Source: a bacterium (GTDB lineage: Bacteria; SAR324; XYD2-FULL-50-16). Taken from it: a DNA stretch of 41,484 nucleotides. The stretch is taken from assembly GCA_032250835.1 (NCBI GenBank), contig JAVVEA010000024.1:1-41484 (forward strand), written 5' to 3'. Made by a program: the position numbers and the translations under genes. Under the pieces are notes generated by a model. That model was not told the origin of the DNA. It made no database searches and worked only from the letters and a program-made list of their open reading frames with translations. Positions 18,682-27,979 of this stretch are shown piece by piece (position 1 is the first letter of the stretch; each line of letters opens with the position of its first letter).

Positions 18682-19808
18682 TGGATAAAACAACCAGCCT
18701 GAATATCCTGTTAGTAGAGGACAACCCGGACGACGCTTTTTTGCTCCGGCGCACCTTCCGCAACGCAACGCATCTAGAGTTTAGGGTAGATTTTGTGGAC
18801 CGCTTGTCCGACGCCTTAGATCAGTTGGACAAAGAAACCTATGATTGCATTCTGTTGGATCTTAGCCTGCCGGATTCATACGGCCTAGATACCTTGGCAA
18901 AGGTGCGCGAGGCACAGCCGGACTTAGCTATTTTGGTCTTAACCGGGAATGCCGATGACGAGGCCTCGATCCAGGCGGTACGCATGGGGGCCCAGGACTA
19001 TTTGGTTAAAGGCAGCCATGACGAAGCCCTATTGGTCCGCGCGGTTCGCTACGCAGTGGCCCGCAAGCGGCAGGAATGGGAGCTAAAGGCCCTGACCATG
19101 GAGCTGAGCCATTCTAACGAAACCAAAGACAAGCTACTCGCCATCATCGCCCATGACATCAAAAACCCGCTCAACGGCTTGCTCGGCTTTTTGGACTTGG
19201 CGTCGAACCGGGCCGAGCGGATGACCGGGGCCGAACTGAGTCCTATGTTGCGCGACGCCAACTCGGCGGCCCACCACCTAGCAGAGTTGATTGAAAACCT
19301 GCTGACCTGGGCGCGGAGCCAGTCGGGCCGTTTGGAACATCGGCCACAGAAGCTGGCGTTGAATCTAGAGGTCGTTGAACGGGTGGTGGAACAATATGAA
19401 AGCCTAATCCACCAAAAGGGCATTGAGCTAGAGGTGGACGTCCAGCCGGACCTGATCGCCTTTGCTGATTGGTTTATGGTTTACACTATTTTATCCAACT
19501 TTTTGGGCAACGCCATTAAGTTCACTAGTAAGGGGGGCAAGATCCGCCTAACAGGCAGTCAGACCGGTGATAAACTCCGTCTCGGCGTTGAAGACCAAGG
19601 GGTCGGCATGACCGAAGCGACCCGCCAACACCTCCTTCAAGGCGACCTGATCGGTTCGAATCGGGGCACCCAAGGCGAGGAAGGGACCGGCCTGGGTTTG
19701 CTGATCTGTCGTGAATTTGCCGAAAAAAACGACGGCCAATTAGGCATCCATTCTGAGGTGGGGAAGGGGTCCCACTTTTGGGTTGAACTGCCCGCCGCCA
19801 CTAAATAG
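18681..19808 (+). CDS. REC-HisKA-HATPase hybrid kinase
   Basis: ATG 18681 overlaps the upstream TAA; LLVEDNPDD..LDLSLPD; IIAHDIKNPL; NAIKFT; GTGLGL. Confidence 0.9.
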   Translation: MDKTTSLNILLVEDNPDDAFLLRRTFRNATHLEFRVDFVDRLSDALDQLDKETYDCILLDLSLPDSYGLDTLAKVREAQPDLAILVLTGNADDEASIQAVRMGAQDYLVKGSHDEALLVRAVRYAVARKRQEWELKALTMELSHSNETKDKLLAIIAHDIKNPLNGLLGFLDLASNRAERMTGAELSPMLRDANSAAHHLAELIENLLTWARSQSGRLEHRPQKLALNLEVVERVVEQYESLIHQKGIELEVDVQPDLIAFADWFMVYTILSNFLGNAIKFTSKGGKIRLTGSQTGDKLRLGVEDQGVGMTEATRQHLLQGDLIGSNRGTQGEEGTGLGLLICREFAEKNDGQLGIHSEVGKGSHFWVELPAATK

Positions 19809-19817
19809 GAGCCCCTA

Positions 19818-20237
19818 TTGTCTGAAGAGTTATTGATCCGATGGGTAAAAGACCAGGAGTCGGTCTTAGACGAGGCGGGCGACGTAAAGGAAAAGAAGCC
19901 CCTAGTTGAGCTCTTTTTGACCAACAATGCCGCCCAGCCGGTATACGTAAACGCGCTAGTTTACCGCGAAAACGGCGAGCCCAAGCCCCTGGCCCTGACC
20001 CGCAACCATGGCTATAAAACGAAGTACGGGTTGCCCTTTCGTATTGAGGCCTATGAGACGGTCCGCGCCAGACCGCAGTATAAAGAAAGCCTGCTCCAGG
20101 CGCTAGCTCAGGGCGAGGCCTTGCAGGTCTTTTTGGCCCACTGGGGTTGGCCCAAACCGATCCGCCCCATTGCTAGCCAATGGATCGGCGGGGCGCTGAT
20201 CGATGCAGATGCCCTGGCGGAACTGAAATCCACTTAA
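19818..20237 (+). CDS. Hypothetical protein at the end of the kinase operon
   Basis: AGGAG RBS before the TTG start, 9 bp after the upstream stop; 139 aa. Confidence 0.6.
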   Translation: MSEELLIRWVKDQESVLDEAGDVKEKKPLVELFLTNNAAQPVYVNALVYRENGEPKPLALTRNHGYKTKYGLPFRIEAYETVRARPQYKESLLQALAQGEALQVFLAHWGWPKPIRPIASQWIGGALIDADALAELKST

Positions 20238-20961
20238 GCCTCGTTGGCGCAGTTGCCGGAGATGGGCTGCTGGTCCCCTGCGGTCCGTTGGGCAGCCCCT
20301 GGTGTCTCATCCTCAATTAAGGCGTTAAGTCTTGCGGTGCCCTGTGCTGCTGAGCCGCACCCGTAGCGCGCTCAGCCAGCGCGCCGCCACCTCGTGCTGG
20401 CTTAGGCCCTCTACCAGCCGCTCCCAACGAAAATCTAGGTTAAATGCAAGGAGCCCTGTTGCCTCAGGTTCCATAAGCTACTGCGCCCCAGGACCTGCCG
20501 GTAACGATGCAGCGCGTCCTGGGGCTTAGTCCGATTGCGGCCAACATTGCGCCAGCCAAAACACCCGCAGAGCTGCCGCCAACCAGAGCGTGGCGGTCAC
20601 CCCCCCACTGACGAGTAGGCTTTGGGCGTAGAGCTTTTCGGTGGCGGTTAAGGTAGCTGCGTTGGCTGCCAGAAACCGGCCGGGCTGAAGCTGCGGGCCT
20701 ACCAAGAGGGGCCCTGTCTCGTTTCAATTTACCTCCTTGCATTGCTCAACAGTTACCTGAGATTCACTAAACCTAGAGGCAAATTCCTGAAGGAGTCTTA
20801 GTCAAATGTAATGAGATGTACCCCCCTGGCTATTCCCCAGTCCAATTACCGGATTTCCCCGGTGACTATCCGGTGCTTTTGGAAAAGATCATTAATGAAA
20901 TCAATTTAATTTTGACCTGCTAACTATTTATGCTAAAAAGTATACAAACTAAAGGAGGAAC

Positions 20962-21159
20962 ATGAAAAACAAGACCGGGGGGCGCGCTCGTATGGGCGAT
21001 TGGATGCTGTTGAGGTACGGGGTTGAGGTAGAGGCGAACCAGTGGGAACTGCCTGCTGAGGCCCAAGCAGGGTTAATGATCGAAACCCGTAACCTGCCTC
21101 GGCGCGGCTTAGGGGGCTCTGGACCTCAAGCCCAGGAATTGGCTGGAGAAGATCGCTAA
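20962..21159 (+). CDS. Small hypothetical protein
   Basis: Strong AAAGGAGG RBS at 20951-20958 downstream of an AT-rich promoter-like tract containing TTGACC. Confidence 0.45.
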   Translation: MKNKTGGRARMGDWMLLRYGVEVEANQWELPAEAQAGLMIETRNLPRRGLGGSGPQAQELAGEDR

Positions 21160-21233
21160 GGGGCGGCTCCAGAGCAGCTCTCTACCACCAACCCCAGAAG
21201 CGCACAGACCCGCGCTTTTTAATCCCCTGGGGC

Positions 21234-21262
21234 TTGCCACATTGGTCCGAATCCGCTAGAAG
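21234..21262 (+). promoter_or_regulatory. sigma70 promoter for tRNA-Pro
   Basis: TTGCCA-17 bp-TAGAAG, 10 bp upstream of the tRNA. Confidence 0.55.
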
Positions 21263-21272
21263 TTATCGATTA

Positions 21273-21349
21273 CGGGGTGTAGCGCAGCTTGGTAGCGTGC
21301 CTGCTTCGGGAGCAGGAGGTCGGAAGTTCAAATCTTCTCACCCCGACCA
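21273..21349 (+). tRNA. tRNA-Pro(CGG), integration target of the island
   Basis: CGGGGTGTAGCGCAGCTTGGTAGCGTGCCTGCTTCGGGAGCAGGAGGTCGGAAGTTCAAATCTTCTCACCCCGACCA; stem CCTGC/GCAGG, loop TT-CGG-GA. Confidence 0.96.
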
Positions 21350-21351
21350 AA
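21304..21351 (+). repeat. attL, 48-bp direct repeat
   Basis: CTTCGGGAGCAGGAGGTCGGAAGTTCAAATCTTCTCACCCCGACCAAA is identical to 41318-41365. Confidence 0.95.
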
Positions 21352-21712
21352 AATTTCAATGGGTTACGGCGGGATTTCCCCCGCTTTTACGGCCCAAATT
21401 CCCCTTCCCTATCTTTTTTCCGCTTAAAACCGATATAACCTATTGGTTTAAAAAGCGATTTGAGCCGAGTTTTGATTCGGTAAAGCCCTATTGTTTCAAT
21501 GGCTTATCTGTTTTTAGCCCTCGCTCTATCTTTCCTCAAAAGTCGGGAATCTAGGTGGGAAAAAGCTTCCCGATTTACCGGCGACCGACATCAGCGAAAA
21601 GCTCAAGGAATCCGTGGTGATTTGCATGCCTTGAAATCCCCGTGCCTTACACCAAAACTCGCGGGATATTTGATGCAGTAATCGGGAATAACTTCGGGAA
21701 GGAGAAAACGAA

Positions 21713-22903
21713 ATGGCCCAACGCATCAAAACCAAATATCCAGGCGTTCTGTATCGCCCCTGCAAAGCTCAAGGTGGGTTTCAGGATGACACATTCTACA
21801 TTGTCTACATCCTCGATGGAAAGAAACATGAAGAAGCGGTGGGACGCAGGAAACGTGATCAAATGACCGCAACTATGGCCAACGGAATCCGAGCCAAACG
21901 GTTGCTGGGCGAAGAACTGCCCAATCGAACAACTCGAAATAAACCCGCCCAGCCTGAGGCAATACTCTTTGAGGAGGAGAAAAGTCCAGACTGGACGCTG
22001 CGCGCGCTTTGGAACAGCTATTTGGAGCATCAGGGCGAATACTCAAGCCGCCGAGACGATACCTACATGTTTAATCGATACCTCAGCAGATTTGGAGACA
22101 AACGCCCCGACGAGTTGGTTTATTTGGATACCCGAAGGCTGAAAATGGAAATGGAGAACGGCGGGTCATCTCCGGCAAGCATCAAATACATGCTGTCTAT
22201 GCTGCGCCGGATCGTGAGATTTGGTAAAAAGGCCCACCAAATCCCAGGACTGACTTTTGAACTGGAATTTCCCAAAGTCCCCAAGAAGATCGAGGAAGAT
22301 CTTTCGCACAGCGAAATTCAGCGGTTAGTTGGGGTACTCGACGAATGCGGCCCTGGAAACACGGCAGCCCACCTCATGCGGATCATGCTATATACAGGCC
22401 GCCGAACGGGAGAACTGCTTAAGCTCAAATGGGAGCATGTTCACTTGGAGGACCGCTACCTTGTTATCTTAGATACCAAAAACGGCGATGACCTTAAGCT
22501 TCCATTGAGCGAAGAGGTCATGAAAATGTTTCTCGCCATCCCGCGTCTTTCTAAAACTTGGGTATTCCCAGGAGCAGATGGACAAGCGATCAAATCAGTT
22601 CGGAGTGGGGCTAATACCATCAAGAAGAGAGCTAAACTCCCCCAACATTACCGGGCTACTTACTGTCTTCGACATACCTTTGCATCTATCGCGGCATCAA
22701 TGGGTATTCCCCTGGATCATATTGGCCGACATTTGGGACATACTCAAAACCCAAAATCGGTGACCGAGCGTTATGCCCGTGTTTCTCAGGATGCATTAAG
22801 GGAAGAGGCCGGACGAATTGCCGACAAGCTCAACGAGATTGCCAAGGGCCCACAACAGGGCAAAATTGCAGCCCAAATCGGCCCCTCTGGCAAAATCGGC
22901 TAG
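21713..22903 (+). CDS. int: Tyrosine recombinase/integrase
   Basis: YTGRRTGEL (R), TKNG (K), YCLRHTFAS (R, with Y in place of the usual H), LGH, TERYA (Y); N-terminal arm-binding-like region; AAGGAG RBS. Confidence 0.93.
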   Translation: MAQRIKTKYPGVLYRPCKAQGGFQDDTFYIVYILDGKKHEEAVGRRKRDQMTATMANGIRAKRLLGEELPNRTTRNKPAQPEAILFEEEKSPDWTLRALWNSYLEHQGEYSSRRDDTYMFNRYLSRFGDKRPDELVYLDTRRLKMEMENGGSSPASIKYMLSMLRRIVRFGKKAHQIPGLTFELEFPKVPKKIEEDLSHSEIQRLVGVLDECGPGNTAAHLMRIMLYTGRRTGELLKLKWEHVHLEDRYLVILDTKNGDDLKLPLSEEVMKMFLAIPRLSKTWVFPGADGQAIKSVRSGANTIKKRAKLPQHYRATYCLRHTFASIAASMGIPLDHIGRHLGHTQNPKSVTERYARVSQDALREEAGRIADKLNEIAKGPQQGKIAAQIGPSGKIG

Positions 22904-22914
22904 GCCTTCACGGC

Positions 22915-23175
22915 ATGGGCCCTCGACAGAGGGCCTACGCTTTTTACGCCCGATTTTTCGGCCAACCTCATTTAAGTACTCTCATGGGACTCAAACGACG
23001 ATGGACCTACCCTTTCCCGGCAGGACTTGTTCAGCAGGGTGCAGGTCGACAAATCAAAACGCTAGGTCCGCATTCCGCTTGGAAAGCTCAAGAACTGGTC
23101 AAAGAAGGTTGGGAGTTTATGGGGGGAGAACTTTCCGGTAGGGGGCGGACGCTTCGGCTGGTCTTTATGCGGTAG
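22915..23175 (+). CDS. Possible small protein; C-terminus weakly DUF4177-like
   Basis: Starts 11 bp after the integrase stop; ELVKEGWEFM...LVFMR resembles the GWE..FKR pattern; RBS weak. Confidence 0.25.
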   Translation: MGPRQRAYAFYARFFGQPHLSTLMGLKRRWTYPFPAGLVQQGAGRQIKTLGPHSAWKAQELVKEGWEFMGGELSGRGRTLRLVFMR

Positions 23176-23393
23176 AAAAGTTTTCGCTGGGGAAAACTTT
23201 GACAGCGCCATCAAAAAATTTAGACAACCAAAACTTTTCGCAACGAATTCTTCGTTCCTGAAGACTCCAAGCAAGGCAATATATGTAGTGGTGCCACATC
23301 CCTTTATACAGGCCGAGGCAGAAGGCTTTTTATTCCTTTCGGAAAGGGGCATCGACATATTGCCTTTTGTCCTGGCCACGCCCAAGGATAAAC

Positions 23394-24080
23394 ATGTCCA
23401 AATATAGCGTCATATTTGAAATTTCGTTGGAAGCCGCCCGCAAGGAGATCGCCTTGAACGCTACGAAGTTGTCCATCGCCGAACGTCAGAGATATACTCA
23501 AAAGCATGTAGGCCTTTTCGTTCGCGAAGCTCAGAAGGAGCTTAAGGAACTGATGGAGTACATCTCCTCTGACTTCAAGGTAGAATTTTTGGCTTCGCAA
23601 AAGGGGTTCGTCCAGCCTTGGATGGCTGCCGACCCGGATTGCGTCCAGGTCTTCACAAGATATGGCTGGCTGGAAAACCTAATGGACGAACTCAAGCGGC
23701 AAGCCCTCAATCCTTGGAGGGAAGCAAATTTAAACCTGATTGAGGAGGTGACCGAAGGGAAGCCTTTTTATCGGGAAGGAGAAGACCCGGAGGATCCTGC
23801 TGTCCAGCAACGGCGATGGTCCATCGTGGTTGCCGACCAAAGGTTTTATAAGGCGATTTGCCGGGCAACCGGCATGAGCGATGCGTTGGTCAAGAAGGCA
23901 ATCGCTGCCCTTGACCGCGCGGGGATCATCGCTAAGAAGCGAAAGTTCAACAAGGTTCAATGTTATGCCATCGGCTATCATGCTAAGAAGTACAATGGCC
24001 AGCACGCCAGATACTTCTTCTTCCTCCGCAAGGAGGAGAAGGAGAATCTGATCGGCTTAAGGTTGAACCAATCCCGATAA
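23394..24080 (+). CDS. Winged-HTH protein, candidate replication initiator or regulator of the island
   Basis: AAGGA RBS; YKAICRATGMSDALVKKAIAALDRAGII HTH followed by a wing-like KRKFNKVQCYAI. Confidence 0.5.
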   Translation: MSKYSVIFEISLEAARKEIALNATKLSIAERQRYTQKHVGLFVREAQKELKELMEYISSDFKVEFLASQKGFVQPWMAADPDCVQVFTRYGWLENLMDELKRQALNPWREANLNLIEEVTEGKPFYREGEDPEDPAVQQRRWSIVVADQRFYKAICRATGMSDALVKKAIAALDRAGIIAKKRKFNKVQCYAIGYHAKKYNGQHARYFFFLRKEEKENLIGLRLNQSR

Positions 24081-24083
24081 TCC

Positions 24084-24300
24084 AACTGCCCGGCCAGGGT
24101 AGAGGCCCGCAAGGGCCGAAACCCCGGCAAGGCCAGTTTGAAAAATGAGTCTGCCGGGAAAAATGGATTGGTTAAGAAAATGGCGACCTCCGGTCGCTCT
24201 TCGTGCTTCTTCGTCCAAGGTTCGTTGCCTGATCGTGCTGTTTGGTCTGCCAAGACCGAACGGCTTCAGGCAATGAGTCCGCAGGGCGGAGGAGTACGAC
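24084..24300 (+). ncRNA. Candidate structured RNA or single-strand origin: two long rod hairpins
   Basis: Rod 1 (24084-24138) capped by GGCCC-GCAA-GGGCC; rod 2 (24201-24299) has 16+12+12 bp stems with 8 G-U pairs, valid only on the + strand. Confidence 0.5.
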
Positions 24301-25283
24301 CTATATAAATATATATAATCAGAAAATGCCGGATCATGGAGAAAACCCTTGGTTTGCAAGGATTCACGCTGAAAGACCGGTATTTCGATCCAGGCTGCGA
24401 AGCCGCATTCTACCGTATAAAAACGGAATAGGACGCAATAAAGATCAGAAGAGTGGGTCCGTTTATTGGGTTTGGAACTGGATCGACAAGGTCGAGGCTT
24501 GTGTTGGTGTCGGCAGGCAAGGGCGCTTCAAAGGCATCCCCTCTGGATCAACAGGGTTTTCTCTCTGTCTACCCCGTAGGCGTACAAGGTCCTACTGACT
24601 TGGAATGGGCTGGACCTGCTTTCCTGGGCTTTGGGGCTGCTCGCCGGATCGACGATCATCTCGTTGCCTTTGGTGGAGCGTTCACAGATTTGTGGTTCGA
24701 TTCAAGTTTGCTGGCGAAGAATCGGACACGCGAACGGAATCCCGTCAGTGAGTTATCCGCAAAGAGTCGCCCTGTTTGTACTGCTGCCCCTTAGGATAGG
24801 GGCTTGGGCAGATTTCAATCCCAGGCCAAATTCGCCGTTAAATGGCCCCATAAGCTGGAACGTGGGTTTCGGCTGGGCATGGGTGAGGGCAGCACGAATG
24901 ATGCGGCTTTAACGTCCCAAAAAAATCCGTTCCTCCTGGGCGGGTACTCGGTTGCTAGTCACCAAACCACCGGAGCCGTTAGCAGGTTGGAACGTCCAAC
25001 CTCGGGAGGTCGGGCTGTCCGGCTTCGAGAGTGCTGCTGTGGTCTACGTGATCCGTACTTTTCTTCTACTGCTTCGCAATTATTGCTGTTCTCCTGATCA
25101 CTGCATGCAGGTGGAGCGTCAGGTTTTTGCTTGTTGATCGATTTTTGGGGCTTTCGGTCGGGAATTGTGTCGGGAAACGAACGCGCAATGCTCGGCGCAT
25201 GCAACTATATGCCAGTAAAACAACCAGATAGACGATAGGCACCCCCTGCTTATAAAGCAGGAAGCCTGTAAATTTTGAGGGGG

Positions 25284-26345
25284 TCAATTGACCGCATGGG
25301 CCTGTTTCATGATTTCGAAAAACCGATCCAAGATTGCGTCTTCCGCTTTGACGTTTCCTTTTTTATCGTGGATGTAGTGATAGGAGCAAAGTACATGTGT
25401 CGGTCGTGCAGGTACCAATGCTTCGCGTATTAAGGTGTCTTGCAAACCGGAAAGCGAAACGTAATAGTCCAAACCTAGTTGTTTGCCCAGTTCCCTGTAA
25501 AAGACTACGTTTGCGGCCATAACAAGATAGCGATCTGTAAAGACCCCTCTGTCCTTGCTTGTTTCCACAAGCCCTCTCTGAACTGATTCCCACAGGTGAT
25601 CTCGTTTCGCAATTTGCTGTGAATTGTCAACATAGCGTGGCTGGGAGCTGCCGAGGGATAGGTTATGTTCGCCAAGGTAGCGCTTTATTTCTTCTTGTTT
25701 GTCGGTTGGATATTGCAGGAGTGCTTGGTAATCTTGATCTCGGGCTGTTTTGGTTTTGGTAAAGCAGACGATTTTTTCAGGATCGGTGAAATCCCATTGA
25801 TTGTTGTTCAGTTTTGGCTTGAGGAAGGTGCCTGAACGACCAAGTTTCTCCCAGGTAGTTGAATCGGCACTTTTCCACTTAACCATCGCCAATAAATCAA
25901 CATCGGCAATTCCAAATAGGTGAACCGGGAGGCGATCTGCTCTCCCGGCATTTTGCTGGATAATGGGAAGCGTGAATTCAAGAAATTCTCGCCGTTCTTT
26001 TTTGCTACGACCTACAAGGCCGCCAAGGGCGAAATATTCGCAGTTTCCAAGCATAATCCGTAAATAATGCTCTGGTTCCATCTCATGCCCTTTTGGAGCT
26101 AGGTGGTAGGCATGCATCGGCCGCAAGCTGAACTCATCGGCCATTCGGCGATAGTTTTCAGCCGTTACCTCTGGGCTCAACAAATCATCAAGCGTTGCAT
26201 ATTCGGAAATCCGATTGTGGTTTCGCTTTATGAACCGGCAGTATTGTTGGAAATAGAATTCACTAATGGGCTTTCCTTTGAAGGAAAAAGCTCCCGAGTC
26301 CACCATAAGGTGGATTTCAACCTTTTTTGTAAAACTGGACATCAT
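25284..26345 (-). CDS. dpdA: DpdA-like tRNA-guanine-transglycosylase-fold protein (candidate 7-deazaguanine DNA insertion enzyme)
   Basis: Ordered motifs LMVDSGAFS, YATLDD, PMHAYH, YFALGGLVG, VHLFGI, SADSTTW typical of DNA-acting TGT homologues; no evident C-terminal Zn-binding CxCxxC of tRNA TGT. Confidence 0.75.
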   Translation of the reverse strand: MMSSFTKKVEIHLMVDSGAFSFKGKPISEFYFQQYCRFIKRNHNRISEYATLDDLLSPEVTAENYRRMADEFSLRPMHAYHLAPKGHEMEPEHYLRIMLGNCEYFALGGLVGRSKKERREFLEFTLPIIQQNAGRADRLPVHLFGIADVDLLAMVKWKSADSTTWEKLGRSGTFLKPKLNNNQWDFTDPEKIVCFTKTKTARDQDYQALLQYPTDKQEEIKRYLGEHNLSLGSSQPRYVDNSQQIAKRDHLWESVQRGLVETSKDRGVFTDRYLVMAANVVFYRELGKQLGLDYYVSLSGLQDTLIREALVPARPTHVLCSYHYIHDKKGNVKAEDAILDRFFEIMKQAHAVN

Positions 26346-27430
26346 TTGTTATTGGAAGGCGGTATACCGATAACAACCTGCGGATTCCCGGCATATTCAA
26401 AATCCGCCATATCCCTTTCGTGGCTTAGCAGCATTTCCAGGAGGTAATATTTGTGTCGTTCCCCATTGGGGCCAATGTATCTGATTATGAGGTCTTCACC
26501 ATCGTCAACAACTCTAAAACCCATACGTCTAAACTTTTCAGTTCGGAAAAAGTCCTCTGGTCTTGTATCGTTTGTGGTTGTAACCACCTCTTGATGATCT
26601 TCCGTTTCGGATAAATCTTCTTTTTCGTTTTCGTCGTTCAAAAACCGTTCGTTCTCTTCTTCCCGCATTTTTTCCAGGACTTTTTCCGGGGAGTAAATTT
26701 CTATTCGCACGGCATCTAGCAGTTGCTTCATTTCCAAAGCTTGCATTTCCTCAACCCCTGCTATCTGGTTTATCCGACTAACCAGTAATTCCATGGTGGC
26801 CGAATTGAAAATTGCCTTGTCTTTCGATGTGATGACCGGAATCCACCAAGCATTGGCCGCACCATGCAAAACAGCCAAGGTCGAAAAATGAATCTTTAGA
26901 TCATTGATAATTAATGTTTTTTGTATTGCAGTTCCAACATACTCCAATACTTCTGCAGCATGTTTGCGAACCGTAACTTGCTTAGGTGACATCCCGATCA
27001 TTTCCCCAAAAGCTTTCAATGAAAGGGAGGAACGATCATATTTTTTGCAGTATTTCAAAGCGTAAAATCCGATTTCATAGTCGGAGTTTGATTTTCCCTT
27101 ATTCAATTTTACCCTGGCCGACATAGCCTCGGCCCCACTCGCTAGGGATTCATGTAGCTCACAAAGGATTTCTCGCACTCCAGCTCTTTTTGCTGCCTCC
27201 CAGCGGGCCATACCATCAATTATTTCCGGTTTTCCTTCATGTTCCCGAATCAGCAAGGGAGGCATCGAGTCCGGCCCTAACATCTGAATTTCCTCGACCA
27301 GTTCAGCAAGTTGTTGCTCATCTTTTCGAAATTCTGGATAGTCTGGATAGGGCTCTAGTAACTCAATCGGGACGCGCAGTATAGATTTTTGCTCTACCGA
27401 AAATCGGTCGCGAAAAGATTCTGGTTGCAT
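26342..27430 (-). CDS. ParB/Srx N-terminal domain plus HTH protein
   Basis: VPIELLEP..LAELVEEI..PPLLIRE..IIDGMARWEAAKRAG; HTH SLKAFGEMIGMSPKQV; AAGGAG RBS; ATGA overlap with dpdA. Confidence 0.8.
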   Translation of the reverse strand: MQPESFRDRFSVEQKSILRVPIELLEPYPDYPEFRKDEQQLAELVEEIQMLGPDSMPPLLIREHEGKPEIIDGMARWEAAKRAGVREILCELHESLASGAEAMSARVKLNKGKSNSDYEIGFYALKYCKKYDRSSLSLKAFGEMIGMSPKQVTVRKHAAEVLEYVGTAIQKTLIINDLKIHFSTLAVLHGAANAWWIPVITSKDKAIFNSATMELLVSRINQIAGVEEMQALEMKQLLDAVRIEIYSPEKVLEKMREEENERFLNDENEKEDLSETEDHQEVVTTTNDTRPEDFFRTEKFRRMGFRVVDDGEDLIIRYIGPNGERHKYYLLEMLLSHERDMADFEYAGNPQVVIGIPPSNNK

Positions 27431-27546
27431 CTGACTCCTTCAAATCTTGCAGTATGCCAGACCATAACATTAACCCGTGATGTTTGGAACAGTTTCGGTG
27501 ATCTTGGGAATCGAACGGAACCCAAATCACCCTTACTGGAGGCATC

Positions 27547-27849
27547 ATGGAACTCAAAACTATCAGCACTAAATCTGTCCGGCAGCGCCTGGGCGGCCAC
27601 ATCACCGAGCTTAAGTTCACCGATACCCTGTTCCTAATCGAGAAGAACGGTGAGATCGTCGGCGGACTTGTTTCCCCGGCGTTTCTGGAAGCGGCGGGTA
27701 TCAAATTGCCCGCTCGTGAAGACAAGCTGGCCCCCAAGGCCGCTGCGGACACTAAGCCTGAGCCCCCGGCAAAAGACGCAGGCGAGCAGCCCGACCCCAA
27801 GGCTTCGAGCGAGCCCGCCCCCAAAGACAGCAGCAAAAAGGCCAAATAA
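27547..27849 (+). CDS. Phd/YefM-like antitoxin-domain protein with a Pro/Ala/Lys-rich tail
   Basis: TISTKSVRQRLGGHITE..FLIEKNGEIVGGLVS matches the Phd N-terminal pattern; GGAGG RBS. Confidence 0.65.
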   Translation: MELKTISTKSVRQRLGGHITELKFTDTLFLIEKNGEIVGGLVSPAFLEAAGIKLPAREDKLAPKAAADTKPEPPAKDAGEQPDPKASSEPAPKDSSKKAK

Positions 27850-27979
27850 CGGCCCCTGGGCCGAGCTTTTACGCTTGGCCCTCAGCTTTCCCCTTACAAT
27901 CCAAATCTAACAGCCCTGCCGCGATTTTGCGACCGTACCTCAAAGGTCGGCGGCGGGGCCTATTCCTTTGTAGAAGACG

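Noticed and set aside
20240-20760. Short ORFs and a GCCCCAGGAC/GTCCTGGGGC hairpin (about 20486-20525)
   Set aside because: No recognisable family or riboswitch core; evidence is too thin to call.
24097-24160. Hammerhead ribozyme suggested by GA-GGCCC-GCAA-GGGCC-GAAAC
   Set aside because: The required CUGANGA core reads GGGUAGA and no stem III-UH cleavage site forms; it is better explained as a rod with an internal loop.
24057-25287. Short overlapping ORFs on both strands between the Rep-like gene and dpdA
   Set aside because: No convincing RBS or motifs, and they overlap each other; treated as non-coding.
25284-26345. Housekeeping queuine tRNA-ribosyltransferase (tgt)
   Set aside because: DSGAFS lies at the extreme N-terminus, the Zn-binding cysteines are not evident and the gene sits in an island coupled to a ParB-like gene; it fits DpdA-like proteins better.
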